Part shown: positions 28,258-41,986 of the stretch, one piece after another
Position numbering within the stretch: the stretch's first letter is position 1
How the letters are laid out: each line of letters starts with the position of its first letter
NCBI GenBank assembly: GCA_964057225.1
Contig: CAXKVF010000078.1
Span: forward strand, 124,001 to 188,000
Direction of reading: 5' to 3'
DNA: 64,000 nucleotides
DNA from: Auanema rhodensis
Taxonomy: Eukaryota > Animalia > Nematoda
The notes under the pieces: model-generated
Seen by the model: only the letters and a program-made list of their open reading frames with translations
What the model was told of the DNA's origin: nothing
The model's database searches: none
Translations under genes and position numbers: made by a program

Positions 28258-30370
28258 GAGTGCACATCACGTGTACATTTAATTAGCATAAATTAAAGTT
28301 CACGTAAATTTCAAAGTCATGGTTACCATGCACCAATATCAATAAAAATTTGTTTTTAGACTAATATGGACATGGGGAATCTAATTTTGAAAACCTCATC
28401 TCTTTATCTTTCACGTGAAGCGAGTTACATACCAAGTGCACATCACGTGTACATTTAATTAGCATAAATTAAAGTTCACGTAAATTTCAAAGTCATGGTT
28501 ACCATGAACCAATATCAATAAAAATTTGTTTTTAGACTAATATGGACATGGGGAATCTAATTTTGAAAACCGCATCTCTTAATCTTTCACGTGAAGCGAG
28601 TTACATACCAAGTGCACATCACGTGTACATTTAATTAGCATGAATTAAAGTTCACGTAAATTTCAAAGTCATGGTTACCATGAACCAATATCAATAAAAA
28701 TTTGTTTTTAGACTAATATGGACATGGGGAATCTAATTTTGAAAACCGCATCTCTTTATCTTTCTCGTGAAGCGAGTTACATACCAAGGGCACATCACGT
28801 GTACATTTAATTAGCATAAATTAAAGTTCACGTAAATTTCAAAGTCATGGTTACCATGAACCAATATCAATAAAAATTTGTTTTTAGACTAATATGGACA
28901 TGGGGAATCTAATTTTGAAAACCGCATTTCTTTATCTTTCACGTGAAGCGAGTTACATACCAAGTGCACATCACGTGTACATTTAATTAGCATAAATTAA
29001 AGTTCACGTAAATTTCAAAGTCATGGTTACCATGCACCAATATCAATAAAAATTTGTTTTTAGACTAATATGGACATGGGGAATCTAATTTTGAAAACCG
29101 CATCTCTTTATCTTTCACGTGAAGCGAGTTACATACCAAGTGCACATCACGTGTACATTTAATTAGCATGAATTAAAGTTCACGTAAATTTCAAAGTCAT
29201 GGTTACCATGCACCAATATCAATAAAAATTTGTTTTTAGACTAATATGGACATGGGGAATCTAATTTTGAAAACCGCATCTCTTTATCTTTCACGTGAAG
29301 CGAGTTACATACCGAGTGCACATCACGTGTACATTTAATTAGCATAAATTAAAGTTCACGTAAATTTCAAAGTCATGGTTACCATGCACCAATATCAATA
29401 AAAATTTGTTTTTAGACTAATATGGACATGGGGAATCTAATTTTGAAAACCTCATCTCTTTATCTTTCACGTGAAGCGAGTTACATACCAAGTGCACATC
29501 ACGTGTACATTTAATTAGCATAAATTAAAGTTCACGTAAATTTCAAAGTCATGGTTACCATGAACCAATATCAATAAAAATTTGTTTTTAGACTAATATG
29601 GACATGGGGAATCTAATTTTGAAAACCGCATCTCTTAATCTTTCACGTGAAGCGAGTTACATACCAAGTGCACATCACGTGTACATTTAATTAGCATGAA
29701 TTAAAGTTCACGTAAATTTCAAAGTCATGGTTACCATGAACCAATATCAATAAAAATTTGTTTTTAGACTAATATGGACATGGGGAATCTAATTTTGAAA
29801 ACCGCATCTCTTTATCTTTCTCGTGAAGCGAGTTACATACCAAGGGCACATCACGTGTACATTTAATTAGCATAAATTAAAGTTCACGTAAATTTCAAAG
29901 TCATGGTTACCATGAACCAATATCAATAAAAATTTGTTTTTAGACTAATATGGACATGGGGAATCTAATTTTGAAAACCGCATTTCTTTATCTTTCACGT
30001 GAAGCGAGTTACATACCAAGTGCACATCACGTGTACATTTAATTAGCATAAATTAAAGTTCACGTAAATTTCAAAGTCATGGTTACCATGCACCAATATC
30101 AATAAAAATTTGTTTTTAGACTAATATGGACATGGGGAATCTAATTTTGAAAACCGCATCTCTTTATCTTTCACGTGAAGCGAGTTACATACCAAGTGCA
30201 CATCACGTGTACATTTAATTAGCATGAATTAAAGTTCACGTAAATTTCAAAGTCATGGTTACCATGCACCAATATCAATAAAAATTTGTTTTTAGACTAA
30301 TATGGACATGGGGAATCTAATTTTGAAAACCGCATCTCTTTATCTTTCACGTGAAGCGAGTTACATACCA
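28258..30370 (+). repeat. 6-monomer (1056-bp) tandem HOR duplication
   Basis: A176G 28258/29314, G138T 28396/29452, A155T 28765/29821, and T147A and T3G all recur at offset 1056. Confidence 0.9.
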
Positions 30371-33300
30371 AGTGCACATCACGTGTACATTTAATTAGCA
30401 TAAATTAAAGTTCACGTAAATTTCAAAGTCATGGTTACCATGCACCAATATCAATAAAAATTTGTTTTTAGACTAATATGGACATGGGGAATGTAATTTT
30501 GAAAACCGCATCTCTTTATCTTTCACGTGAAGCGAGTTACATACCAAGTGCACATCACGTGTACATTTAATTAGCATAAATTAAAGTTCACGTAAATTTC
30601 AAAGTCATGGTTACCATGCACCAATATCAATAAAAATTTGTTTTTAGACTAATATGGACATGGGGAATCTAATTTTGAAAACCGCATCTCTTTATCTTTC
30701 ACGTGAAGCGAGTTACATACCAAGTGCACATCACGTGTACATTTAATTAGCATAAATTAAAGTTCACGTAAATTTCAAAGTCATGGTTACCATGCACCAA
30801 TATCAATAAAAATTTGTTTTTAGACTAATATGGACATGGGGAATCTAATTTTGAAAACCGCATCTCTTTATCTTTCACGTGAAGCGAGTTACATACCAAG
30901 TGCACATCACGTGTACATTTAATTAGCATAAATTAAAGTTCACGTAAATTTCAAAGTCATGGTTACCATGCACCAATATCAATAAAAATTTGTTTTTAGA
31001 CTAATATGGACATGGGGAATCTAATTTTGAAAACCGCATCTCTTTATCTTTCACGTGAAGCGAGTTACATACCAAGTGCACATCACGTGTACATTTAATT
31101 AGCATAAATTTAAGTTCACGTAAATTTCAAAGTCATGGTTACCATGCACCAATATCAATAAAAATTTGTTTTTAGACTAATATGGACATGGGGGATCTAA
31201 TTTTGAAAACCGCATCTCTTTATCTTTCACGTGAAGCGAGTTACATACCAAGTGCACATCACGTGTACATTTAATTAGCATAAATTAAAGTTCACGTAAA
31301 TTTCAAAGTCATGGTTATCATGAACCAATATCAATAAAAATTTGTTTTTAGACTAATATGGACATGGGTAATCTAATTTTGAAAACCGCATCTCTTTATC
31401 TTTCACGTGAAGCGAATTACATACCAAGTGCACATCACGTGTACATTTAATTAGCATAAATTAAAGTTCACGTAAATTTCAAAGTCATGGTTACCATGAA
31501 CCAATATCAATAAAAATTTGTTTTTAGACTAATATGGACATGGGGAATCTAATTTTGAAAACCGCATCTCTTTATCTTTCACGTGAAGCGAGTTACATAC
31601 CAAGTGCACATCACGTGTACATTTAATTAGCATAAATTAAAGTTCACGTAAATTTCAAAGTCATGGTTACCATGCACCAATATCAATAAAAATTTGTTTT
31701 TAGACTAATATGGACATGGGGAATCTAATTTTGAAAACCGCATCTCTTTATCTTTCACGTGAAGAGAGTTACATACCAAGTGCACATCACGTGTACATTT
31801 AATTAGCATAAATTAAAGTTCACGTAAATTTCAAAGTCATGGTTACCATGAACCAATATCAATAAAAATTTGTTTTTAGACTAATATGGACATGGGGAAT
31901 CTAATTTTGAAAACCGCATCTCTTAATCTTTCACGTGAAGCGAGTTACATACCAAGTGCACATCACGTGTACATTTAATTAGCATGAATTAAAGTTCACG
32001 TAAATTTCAAAGTCATGGTTACCATGAACCAATATCAATAAAAATTTGTTTTTAGACTAATATGGACATGGGGAATCTAATTTTGAAAACCGCATCTCTT
32101 TATCTTTCTCGTGAAGCGAGTTACATACCAAGGGCACATCACGTGTACATTTAATTAGCATAAATTAAAGTTCACGTAAATTTCAAAGTCATGGTTACCA
32201 TGAACCAATATCAATAAAAATTTGTTTTTAGACTAATATGGACATGGGGAATCTAATTTTGAAAACCGCATTTCTTTATCTTTCACGTGAAGCGAGTTAC
32301 ATACCAAGTGCACATCACGTGTACATTTAATTAGCATAAATTAAAGTTCACGTAAATTTCAAAGTCATGGTTACCATGCACCAATATCAATAAAAATTTG
32401 TTTTTAGACTAATATGGACATGGGGAATCTAATTTTGAAAACCGCATCTCTTTATCTTTCACGTGAAGCGAGTTACATACCAAGTGCACATCACGTGTAC
32501 ATTTAATTAGCATGAATTAAAGTTCACGTAAATTTCAAAGTCATGGTTACCATGCACCAATATCAAGAAAAATTTGTTTTTAGACTAATATGGACATGGG
32601 GAATCTAATTTTGAAAACCGCATCTCTTTATCTTTCACGTGAAGCGAGTTACATACCAAGTGCACATCACGTGTACATTTAATTAGCATAAATTAAAGTT
32701 CACGTAAATTTCAAAGTCATGGTTACCATGCACCAATATCAATAAAAATTTGTTTTTAGACTAATATGGACATGGGGAATGTAATTTTGAAAACCGCATC
32801 TCTTTATCTTTCACGTGAAGCGAGTTACATACCAAGTGCACATCACGTGTACATTTAATTAGCATAAATTAAAGTTCACGTAAATTTCAAAGTCATGGTT
32901 ACCATGCACCAATATCAATAAAAATTTGTTTTTAGACTAATATGGACATGGGGAATGTAATTTTGAAAACCGCATCTCTTTATCTTTCACGTGAAGCGAG
33001 TTACATACCAAGTGCACATCACGTGTACATTTAATTAGCATAAATTAAAGTTCACGTAAATTTCAAAGTCATGGTTACCATGCACCAATATCAATAAAAA
33101 TTTGTTTTTAGACTAATATGGACATGGGGAATCTAATTTTGAAAACCGCATCTCTTTATCTTTCACGTGAAGCGAGTTACATACCAAGTGCACATCACGT
33201 GTACATTTAATTAGCATAAATTAAAGTTCACGTAAATTTCAAAGTCATGGTTACCATGCACCAATATCAATAAAAATTTGTTTTTAGACTAATATGGACA

Positions 33301-34066
33301 TGGGGAATCTAATTTTGAAAACCGCATCTCTTTATCTTTCACGTGAAGCGAGTTACATACCAAGTGCACATCACGTGTACATTTAATTAGCATAAATTTA
33401 AGTTCACGTAAATTTCAAAGTCATGGTTACCATGCACCAATATCAATAAAAATTTGTTTTTAGACTAATATGGACATGGGGGATCTAATTTTGAAAACCG
33501 AATCTCTTTATCTTTCACGTGAAGCGAGTTACATACCAAGTGCACATCACGTGTACATTTAATTAGCATAAATTAAAGTTCACGTAAATTTCAAAGTCAT
33601 GGTTATCATGAACCAATATCAATAAAAATTTGTTTTTAGACTAATATGGACATGGGTAATCTAATTTTGAAAACCGCATCTCTTTATCTTTCACGTGAAG
33701 CGAGTTACATACCAAGTGCACATCACGTGTACATTTAATTAGCATAAATTAAAGTTCACGTAAATTTCAAAGTCATGGTTACCATGAACCAATATCAATA
33801 AAAATTTGTTTTTAGACTAATATGGACATGGGGAATCTAATTTTGAAAACCGCATCTCTTTATCTTTCACGTGAAGCGAGTTACATACCAAGTGCACATC
33901 ACGTGTACATTTAATTAGCATAAATTAAAGTTCACGTAAATTTCAAAGTCATGGTTACCATGCACCAATATCAATAAAAATTTGTTTTTAGACTAATATG
34001 GACATGGGGAATCTAATTTTGAAAACCGCATCTCTTTATCTTTCACGTGAAGCGAGTTACATACCA
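29491..34066 (+). repeat. 13-monomer (2288-bp) tandem HOR duplication
   Basis: A155T 29821/32109, C123G 30493/32781, A37T 31111/33399, and C68T+G119T monomers 31251/33539. Confidence 0.85.
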
Positions 34067-35650
34067 AGTGCACATCACGTGTACATTTAATTAGCATAAA
34101 TTAAAGTTCACGTAAATTTCAAAGTCATGGTTACCATGCACCAATATCAATAAAAATTTGTTTTTAGACTAATATGGACATGGGGAATCTAATTTTGAAA
34201 ACCGCATCTCTTTATCTTTCACGTGAAGAGAGTTACATACCAAGTGCACATCACGTGTACATTTAATTAGCATAAATTAAAGTTCACGTAAATTTCAAAG
34301 TCATGGTTACCATGAACCAATATCAATAAAAATTTGTTTTTAGACTAATATGGACATGGGGAATCTAATTTTGAAAACCGCATCTCTTTATCTTTCACGT
34401 GAAGCGAGTTACATACCAAGTGCACATCACGTGTACATTTAATTAGCATAAATTAAAGTTCACGTAAATTTCAAAGTCATGGTTACCATGAACCAATATC
34501 AGTAAAAATTTGTTTTTAGACTAATATGGACATGGGGAATCTAATTTTGAAAACCGCATCTCTTTATCTTTCACGTGAAGCGAGTTACATACCAAGTGCA
34601 CATCACGTGTACATTTAATTAGCATAAATTAAAGTTCACGTAAATTTCAAAGTCATGGTTACCATGAACCAATATCAATAAAAATTTGTTTTTAGACTAA
34701 TATGGACATGGGGAATCTAATTTTGAAAACCGCATCTCTTTATCTTTCACGTGAAGCGAGTTACATACCAAGTGCACATCACGTGTACATTTAAATAGCA
34801 TAAATTAAAGTTCACGTAAATTTCAAAGTCATGGTTACCATGCACCAATATCAATAAAAATTTGTTTTTAGACTAATATGGACATGGGGAATCTAATTTT
34901 GAAAACCGCATCTCTTTATCTTTCACGTGAAGCGAGTTACATACCAAGTGCACATCACGTGTACATTTAATTAGCATAAATTAAAGTTCACGTAAAATTC
35001 AAAGTCATGGTTACCATGCACCAATATCAATAAAAATTTGTTTTTAGACTAATATGGACATGGGGAATCTAATTTTGAAAACCGCATCTCTTTATCTTTC
35101 ACGTGAAGCGAGTTACATACCAAGTGCACATCACGTGTACATTTAATTAGCATAAATTAAAGTTCACGTAAATTTCAAAGTCATGGTTACCATGAACCAA
35201 TATCAATAAAAATTTGTTTTTAGACTAATATGGACATGGGGAATCTAATTTTGAAATTCGCATCTCTTTATCTTTCACGTGAAGCGAGTTACATACCAAG
35301 TGCACATCACGTGTACATTTAATTAGCATAAATTAAAGTTCACGTAAATTTCAAAGTCATGGTTACCATGAACCAATATCAATAAAAATTTGTTTTTAGA
35401 CTAATATGGACATGGGGAATCTAATTTTGAAAACCGCATCTCTTTATCTTTCACGTGAAGCGAGTTACATACCAAGTGCACATCACGTGTACATTTAATT
35501 AGCATAAATTAAAGTTCACGTAAATTTCAAAGTCATGGTTACCATGAAGCAATATCGATAAAAATTTGTTTTTAGACTAATATGGACATGGGGAATCTAA
35601 TTTTGAAAACCGCATCTCTTTATCTTTCACGTGAAGCGAGTTACATACCA

Positions 35651-38600
35651 AGTGCACATCACGTGTACATTTAATTAGCATAAATTAAAGTTCACGTAAA
35701 TTTCAAAGTCATGGTTACCATGAACCAATATCAATAAAAATTTGTTTTTAGACTAATATGGACATGGGGAATCTAATTTTGAAAACCGCATCTCTTTATC
35801 TTTCACGTGAAGCGAGTTACATACCAAGTGCACATCACGTGTACATTTAATTAGCATAAATTAAAGTTCACGTAAATTTCAAAGTCATGGTTACCATGAA
35901 GCAATATCAATAAAAATTTGTTTTTAGACTAATATGGACATGGGGAATCTAATTTTGAAAACCGCATCTCTTTATCTTTCACGTGAAGCGAGTTACATAC
36001 CAAGTGCACATCACGTGTACATTTAATTAGCATAAATTAAAGTTCACGTAAATTTCAAAGTCATGGTTACCATGAACCAATATCAATAAAAATTTGTTTT
36101 TAGACTAATATGGACATGGGGAATCTAATTTTGAAAACCGCATCTCTTAATCTTTCACGTGAAGCGAGTTACATACCAAGTGCACATCACGTGTACATTT
36201 AATTAGCATGAATTAAAGTTCACGTAAATTTCAAAGTCATGGTTACCATGAACCAATATCAATAAAAATTTGTTTTTAGACTAATATGGACATGGGGAAT
36301 CTAATTTTGAAAACCGCATCTCTTTATCTTTCTCGTGAAGCGAGTTACATACCAAGGGCACATCACGTGTACATTTAATTAGCATAAATTAAAGTTCACG
36401 TAAATTTCAAAGTCATGGTTACCATGAACCAATATCAATAAAAATTTGTTTTTAGACTAATATGGACATGGGGAATCTAATTTTGAAAACCGCATTTCTT
36501 TATCTTTCACGTGAAGCGAGTTACATACCAAGTGCACATCACGTGTACATTTAATTAGCATAAATTAAAGTTCACGTAAATTTCAAAGTCATGGTTACCA
36601 TGCACCAATATCAATAAAAATTTGTTTTTAGACTAATATGGACATGGGGAATCTAATTTTGAAAACCGCATCTCTTTATCTTTCACGTGAAGCGAGTTAC
36701 ATACCAAGTGCACATCACGTGTACATTTAATTAGCATAAATTAAAGTTCACGTAAATTTCAAAGTCATGGTTACCATGAACCAATATCCATAAAAATTTG
36801 TTTTTAGACTAATATGGACATGGGGAATCTAATTTTGAAAACCGCATCTCTTAATCTTTCACGTGAAGCGAGTTACATACCAAGTGCACATCACGTGTAC
36901 ATTTAATTAGCATAAATTAAAGTTCACGTAAATTTCAAAGTCATGGTTACCATGAACCAATATCAATAAAAATTTGTTTTTAGAATAATATGGACATGGG
37001 GAATCTAATTTTGAAAACCGCATCTCTTTATCTTTCTCGTGAAGCGAGTTACATACCAAGGGCACATCACGTGTACATTTAATTAGCATAAATTAAAGTT
37101 CACGTAAATTTCAAAGTCATGGTTACCATGAACCAATATCAATAAAAATTTATTTTAAAACTAATATGGACATGGGGAATCTAATTTTGAAAACCGCATT
37201 TCTTTATCTTTCACGTGAAGCGAGTTACATACCAAGTGCACATCACGTGTACATTTAATTAGCATAAATTAAAGTTCACGTAAATTTCAAAGTCATGGTT
37301 ACCATGAACCAATATCAATAAAAATTTGTTTTTAGACTAATATGGACATGGGGAATCTAATTTTGAAAACCGCATCTCTTTATCTTTCACGTGAAGCGAG
37401 TTACATACCAAGTGCACATCACGTGTACATTTAATTAGCATAAATTAAAGTTCACGTAAATTTCAAAGTCATGGTTACCATGAAGCAATATCAATAAAAA
37501 TTTGTTTTTAGACTAATATGGACATGGGGAATCTAATTTTGAAAACCGCATCTCTTTATCTTTCACGTGAAGCGAGTTACATACCAAGTGCACATCACGT
37601 GTACATTTAATTAGCATAAATTAAAGTTCACGTAAATTTCAAAGTCATGGTTACCATGAACCAATATCAATAAAAATTTGTTTTTAGACTAATATGGACA
37701 TGGGGAATCTAATTTTGAAAACCGCATCTCTTAATCTTTCACGTGAAGCGAGTTACATACCAAGTGCACATCACGTGTACATTTAATTAGCATGAATTAA
37801 AGTTCACGTAAATTTCAAAGTCATGGTTACCATGAACCAATATCAATAAAAATTTGTTTTTAGACTAATATGGACATGGGGAATCTAATTTTGAAAACCG
37901 CATCTCTTTATCTTTCTCGTGAAGCGAGTTACATACCAAGGGCACATCACGTGTACATTTAATTAGCATAAATTAAAGTTCACGTAAATTTCAAAGTCAT
38001 GGTTACCATGAACCAATATCAATAAAAATTTGTTTTTAGACTAATATGGACATGGGGAATCTAATTTTGAAAACCGCATTTCTTTATCTTTCACGTGAAG
38101 CGAGTTACATACCAAGTGCACATCACGTGTACATTTAATTAGCATAAATTAAAGTTCACGTAAATTTCAAAGTCATGGTTACCATGCACCAATATCAATA
38201 AAAATTTGTTTTTAGACTAATATGGACATGGGGAATCTAATTTTGAAAACCGCATCTCTTTATCTTTCACGTGAAGCGAGTTACATACCAAGTGCACATC
38301 ACGTGTACATTTAATTAGCATAAATTAAAGTTCACGTAAATTTCAAAGTCATGGTTACCATGAACCAATATCAATAAAAATTTGTTTTTAGACTAATATG
38401 GACATGGGGAATCTAATTTTGAAAACCGCATCTCTTAATCTTTCACGTGAAGCGAGTTACATACCAAGTGCACATCACGTGTACATTTAATTAGCATAAA
38501 TTAAAGTTCACGTAAATTTCAAAGTCATGGTTACCATGAACCAATATCAATAAAAATTTGTTTTTAGAATAATATGGACATGGGGAATCTAATTTTGAAA

Positions 38601-38818
38601 ACCGCATCTCTTTATCTTTCTCGTGAAGCGAGTTACATACCAAGGGCACATCACGTGTACATTTAATTAGCATAAATTAAAGTTCACGTAAATTTCAAAG
38701 TCATGGTTACCATGAACCAATATCAATAAAAATTTATTTTAAAACTAATATGGACATGGGGAATCTAATTTTGAAAACCGCATTTCTTTATCTTTCACGT
38801 GAAGCGAGTTACATACCA
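35651..38818 (+). repeat. 9-monomer (1584-bp) tandem HOR duplication with an internal 4-monomer sub-repeat
   Basis: A155T at 36333/37917 and 37037/38621; C103A monomers 36883/38467 (ORFs 36907/38491); triple-variant monomers 37059/38643. The only difference I noticed is A83C at 36789. Confidence 0.9.
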
Positions 38819-40578
38819 AGTGCACATCACGTGTACATTTAATTAGCATAAATTAAAGTTCACGTAAATTTCAAAGTCATGGTTACCATGCACCAATATC
38901 AATAAAAATTTGTTTTTAGACTAATATGGACATGGGGAATCTAATTTTGAAAACCGCATCTCTTTATCTTTCACGTGAAGCGAGTTACATACCAAGTGCA
39001 CATCACGTGTACATTTAATTAGCATAAATTAAAGTTCACGTAAATTTCAAAGTCATGGTTACCATGAACCAATATCAATAAAAATTTGTTTTTAGACTAA
39101 TATGGACATGGGGAATCTAATTTTGAAAACCGCATCTCTTTATCTTTCACGTGAAGCGAGTTACATACCAAGTGCACATCACGTGTACATTTAATTAGCA
39201 TAAATTAAAGTTCACGTAAATTTCAAAGTCATGGTTACCATGAACCAATATCAATAAAAATTTGTTTTTAGACTAATATGGACATGGGGAATCTAATTTT
39301 GAAAACCGCATCTCTTTATCTTTCACGTGAAGCGAGTTACATACCAAGTGCACATCACGTGTACATTTAATTAGCATAAATTAAAGTTCACGTAAATTTC
39401 AAAGTCATGGTTACCATGCACCAATATCAATAAAAATTTGTTTTTAGACTAATATGGACATGGGGAATCTAATTTTGAAAACCGCATCTCTTTATCTTTC
39501 ACGTGAAGCGAGTTACATACCAAGTGCACATCACGTGTACATTTAATTAGCATAAATTAAAGTTCACGTAAATTTCAAAGTCATGGTTACCATGAACCAA
39601 TATCAATAAAAATTTGTTTTTAGACTAATATGGACATGGGGAATCTAATTTTGAAAACCGCATCTCTTTATCTTTCACGTGAAGCGAGTTACATACCAAG
39701 TGCACATCACGTGTACATTTAATTAGCATAAATTAAAGTTCACGTAAATTTCAAAGTCATGGTTACCATGAACCAATATCAATAAAAATTTGTTTTTAGA
39801 CTAATATGGACATGGGGAATCTAATTTTGAAAACCGCATCTCTTTATCTTTCACGTGAAGCGAGTTACATACCAAGTGCACATCACGTGTACATTTAATT
39901 AGCATAAATTAAAGTTCACGTAAATTTCAAAGTCATGGTTACCATGCACCAATATCAATAAAAATTTGTTTTTAGACTAATATGGACATGGGGAATCTAA
40001 TTTTGAAAACCGCATCTCTTTATCTTTCACGTGAAGCGAGTTACATACCAAGTGCACATCACGTGTACATTTAATTAGCATAAATTAAAGTTCACGTAAA
40101 TTTCAAAGTCATGGTTACCATGAACCAATATCAATAAAAATTTGTTTTTAGACTAATATGGACATGGGGAATCTAATTTTGAAAACCGCATCTCTTTATC
40201 TTTCACGTGAAGCGAGTTACATACCAAGTGCACATCACGTGTACATTTAATTAGCATAAATTAAAGTTCACGTAAATTTCAAAGTCATGGTTACCATGAA
40301 CCAATATCAATAAAAATTTGTTTTTAGACTAATATGGACATGGGGAATCTAATTTTGAAAACCGCATTTCTTTATCTTTCACGTGAAGCGAGTTACATAC
40401 CAAGTGCACATCACGTGTACATTTAATTAGCATAAATTAAAGTTCACGTAAATTTCAAAGTCATGGTTACCATGCACCAATATCAATAAAAATTTGTTTT
40501 TAGACTAATATGGACATGGGGAATCTAATTTTGAAAACCGCATCTCTTTATCTTTCACGTGAAGCGAGTTACATACCA
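38819..40578 (+). repeat. Short trimer-periodic tract (A73C, consensus, consensus)
   Basis: A73C at 38891, 39419, 39947 and 40475, spacing 528 bp. Confidence 0.75.
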
Positions 40579-41986
40579 AGTGCACATCACGTGTACATTT
40601 AATTAGCATAAATTAAAGTTCACGTAAATTTCAAAGTCATGGTTACCATGAAGCAATATCAATAAAAATGTGTTTTTAGACTAATATGGACATGGGGAAT
40701 CTAATTTTGAAAACCGCATCTCTTTATCTCTCACGTGAAGCGAGTTACATACCAAGTGCACATCACGTGTACATTTAATTAGCATAAATTAAAGTTCACG
40801 TAAATTTCAAAGTCATGGTTACCATGAACCAATATCAATAAAAATTTGTTTTTAGACTAATATGGACATGGGGAATCTAATTTTGAAAACCGCATCTCTT
40901 TATCTTTCACGTGAAGCGAGTTACATACCAAGTGCACATCACGTGTACATTTAATTAGCATAAATTAAAGTTCACGTAAATTTCAAAGTCATGGTTACCA
41001 TGAACCAATATCAATAAAAATTTGTTTTTAGACTAATATGGACATGGGGAATCTAATTTTGAAAACCGCATCTCTTTATCTTTCACGTGAAGCGAGTTAC
41101 ATACCAAGTGCACATCACGTGTACATTTAATTAGCATAAATTAAAGTTCACGTAAATTTCAAAGCCATGGTTACCATGAACCAATATCAATAAAAATTTG
41201 TTTTTAGACTAATATGGACATGGGGAATCTAATTTTGAAAACCGCATCTCTTTATCTTTCACGTGAAGCGAGTTACATACCAAGTGCACATCACGTGTAC
41301 ATTTAATTAGCATAAATTAAAGTTCACGTAAATTTCAAAGTCATGGTTACCATGAACCAATATCAATAAAAATTTGTTTTTAGACTAATATGGACATGGG
41401 GAATCTAATTTTGAAAACCGCATCTCTTTATCTTTCACGTGAAGCGAGTTACATACCAAGTGCACATCACGTGTACATTTAATTAGCATAAATTAAAGTT
41501 CACGTAAATTTCAAAGTCATGGTTACCATGAACCAATATCAATAAAAATTTGTTTTTAGACTAATATGGACATGGGGAATCTAATTTTGAAAACCGCATC
41601 TCTTTATCTTTCACGTGAAGCGAGTTACATACCAAGTGCACATCACGTGTACATTTAATTAGCATAAATTAAAGTTCACGTAAATTTCAAAGTCATGGTT
41701 ACCATGAACCAATATCAATAAAAATTTGTTTTTAGACTAATATGGACATGGGGAATCTAATTTTGAAAACCGCATCTCTTTATCTTTCACGTGAAGCGAG
41801 TTACATACCAAGTGCACATCACGTGTACATTTAATTAGCATAAATTAAAGTTCACGTAAATTTCAAAGTCATGGTTACCATGAACCAATATCAATAAAAA
41901 TTTGTTTTTAGACTAATATGGACATGGGGAATCTAATTTTGAAAACCGCATCTCTTTATCTTTCACGTGAAGCGAGTTACATACCA

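Larger units (their letters stand above)
24563..36002 (+). repeat. Block of about 20 monomers (about 24563-28082) repeated 45-47 monomers downstream (about 32835-36002)
   Basis: A37T+A120G monomers 25091/33363 and C68T+G119T monomers 25267/33539 (offset 8272). T25A 26875/34795, T51A 27077/34997 and A83G 27637/35557 (offset 7920). Confidence 0.85.

Noticed and set aside
1609-38673. Twelve 60-aa minus-strand ORFs (MLIKCTRDVHLVCNS...)
   Set aside because: Each is just over one monomer long (183 nt). They appear only where A105G or C103A removes the TAG at monomer positions 103-105; the other ~350 copies keep the stop. There is no recognisable domain, 176 is not a multiple of 3, and their spacing simply tracks the HOR duplications.
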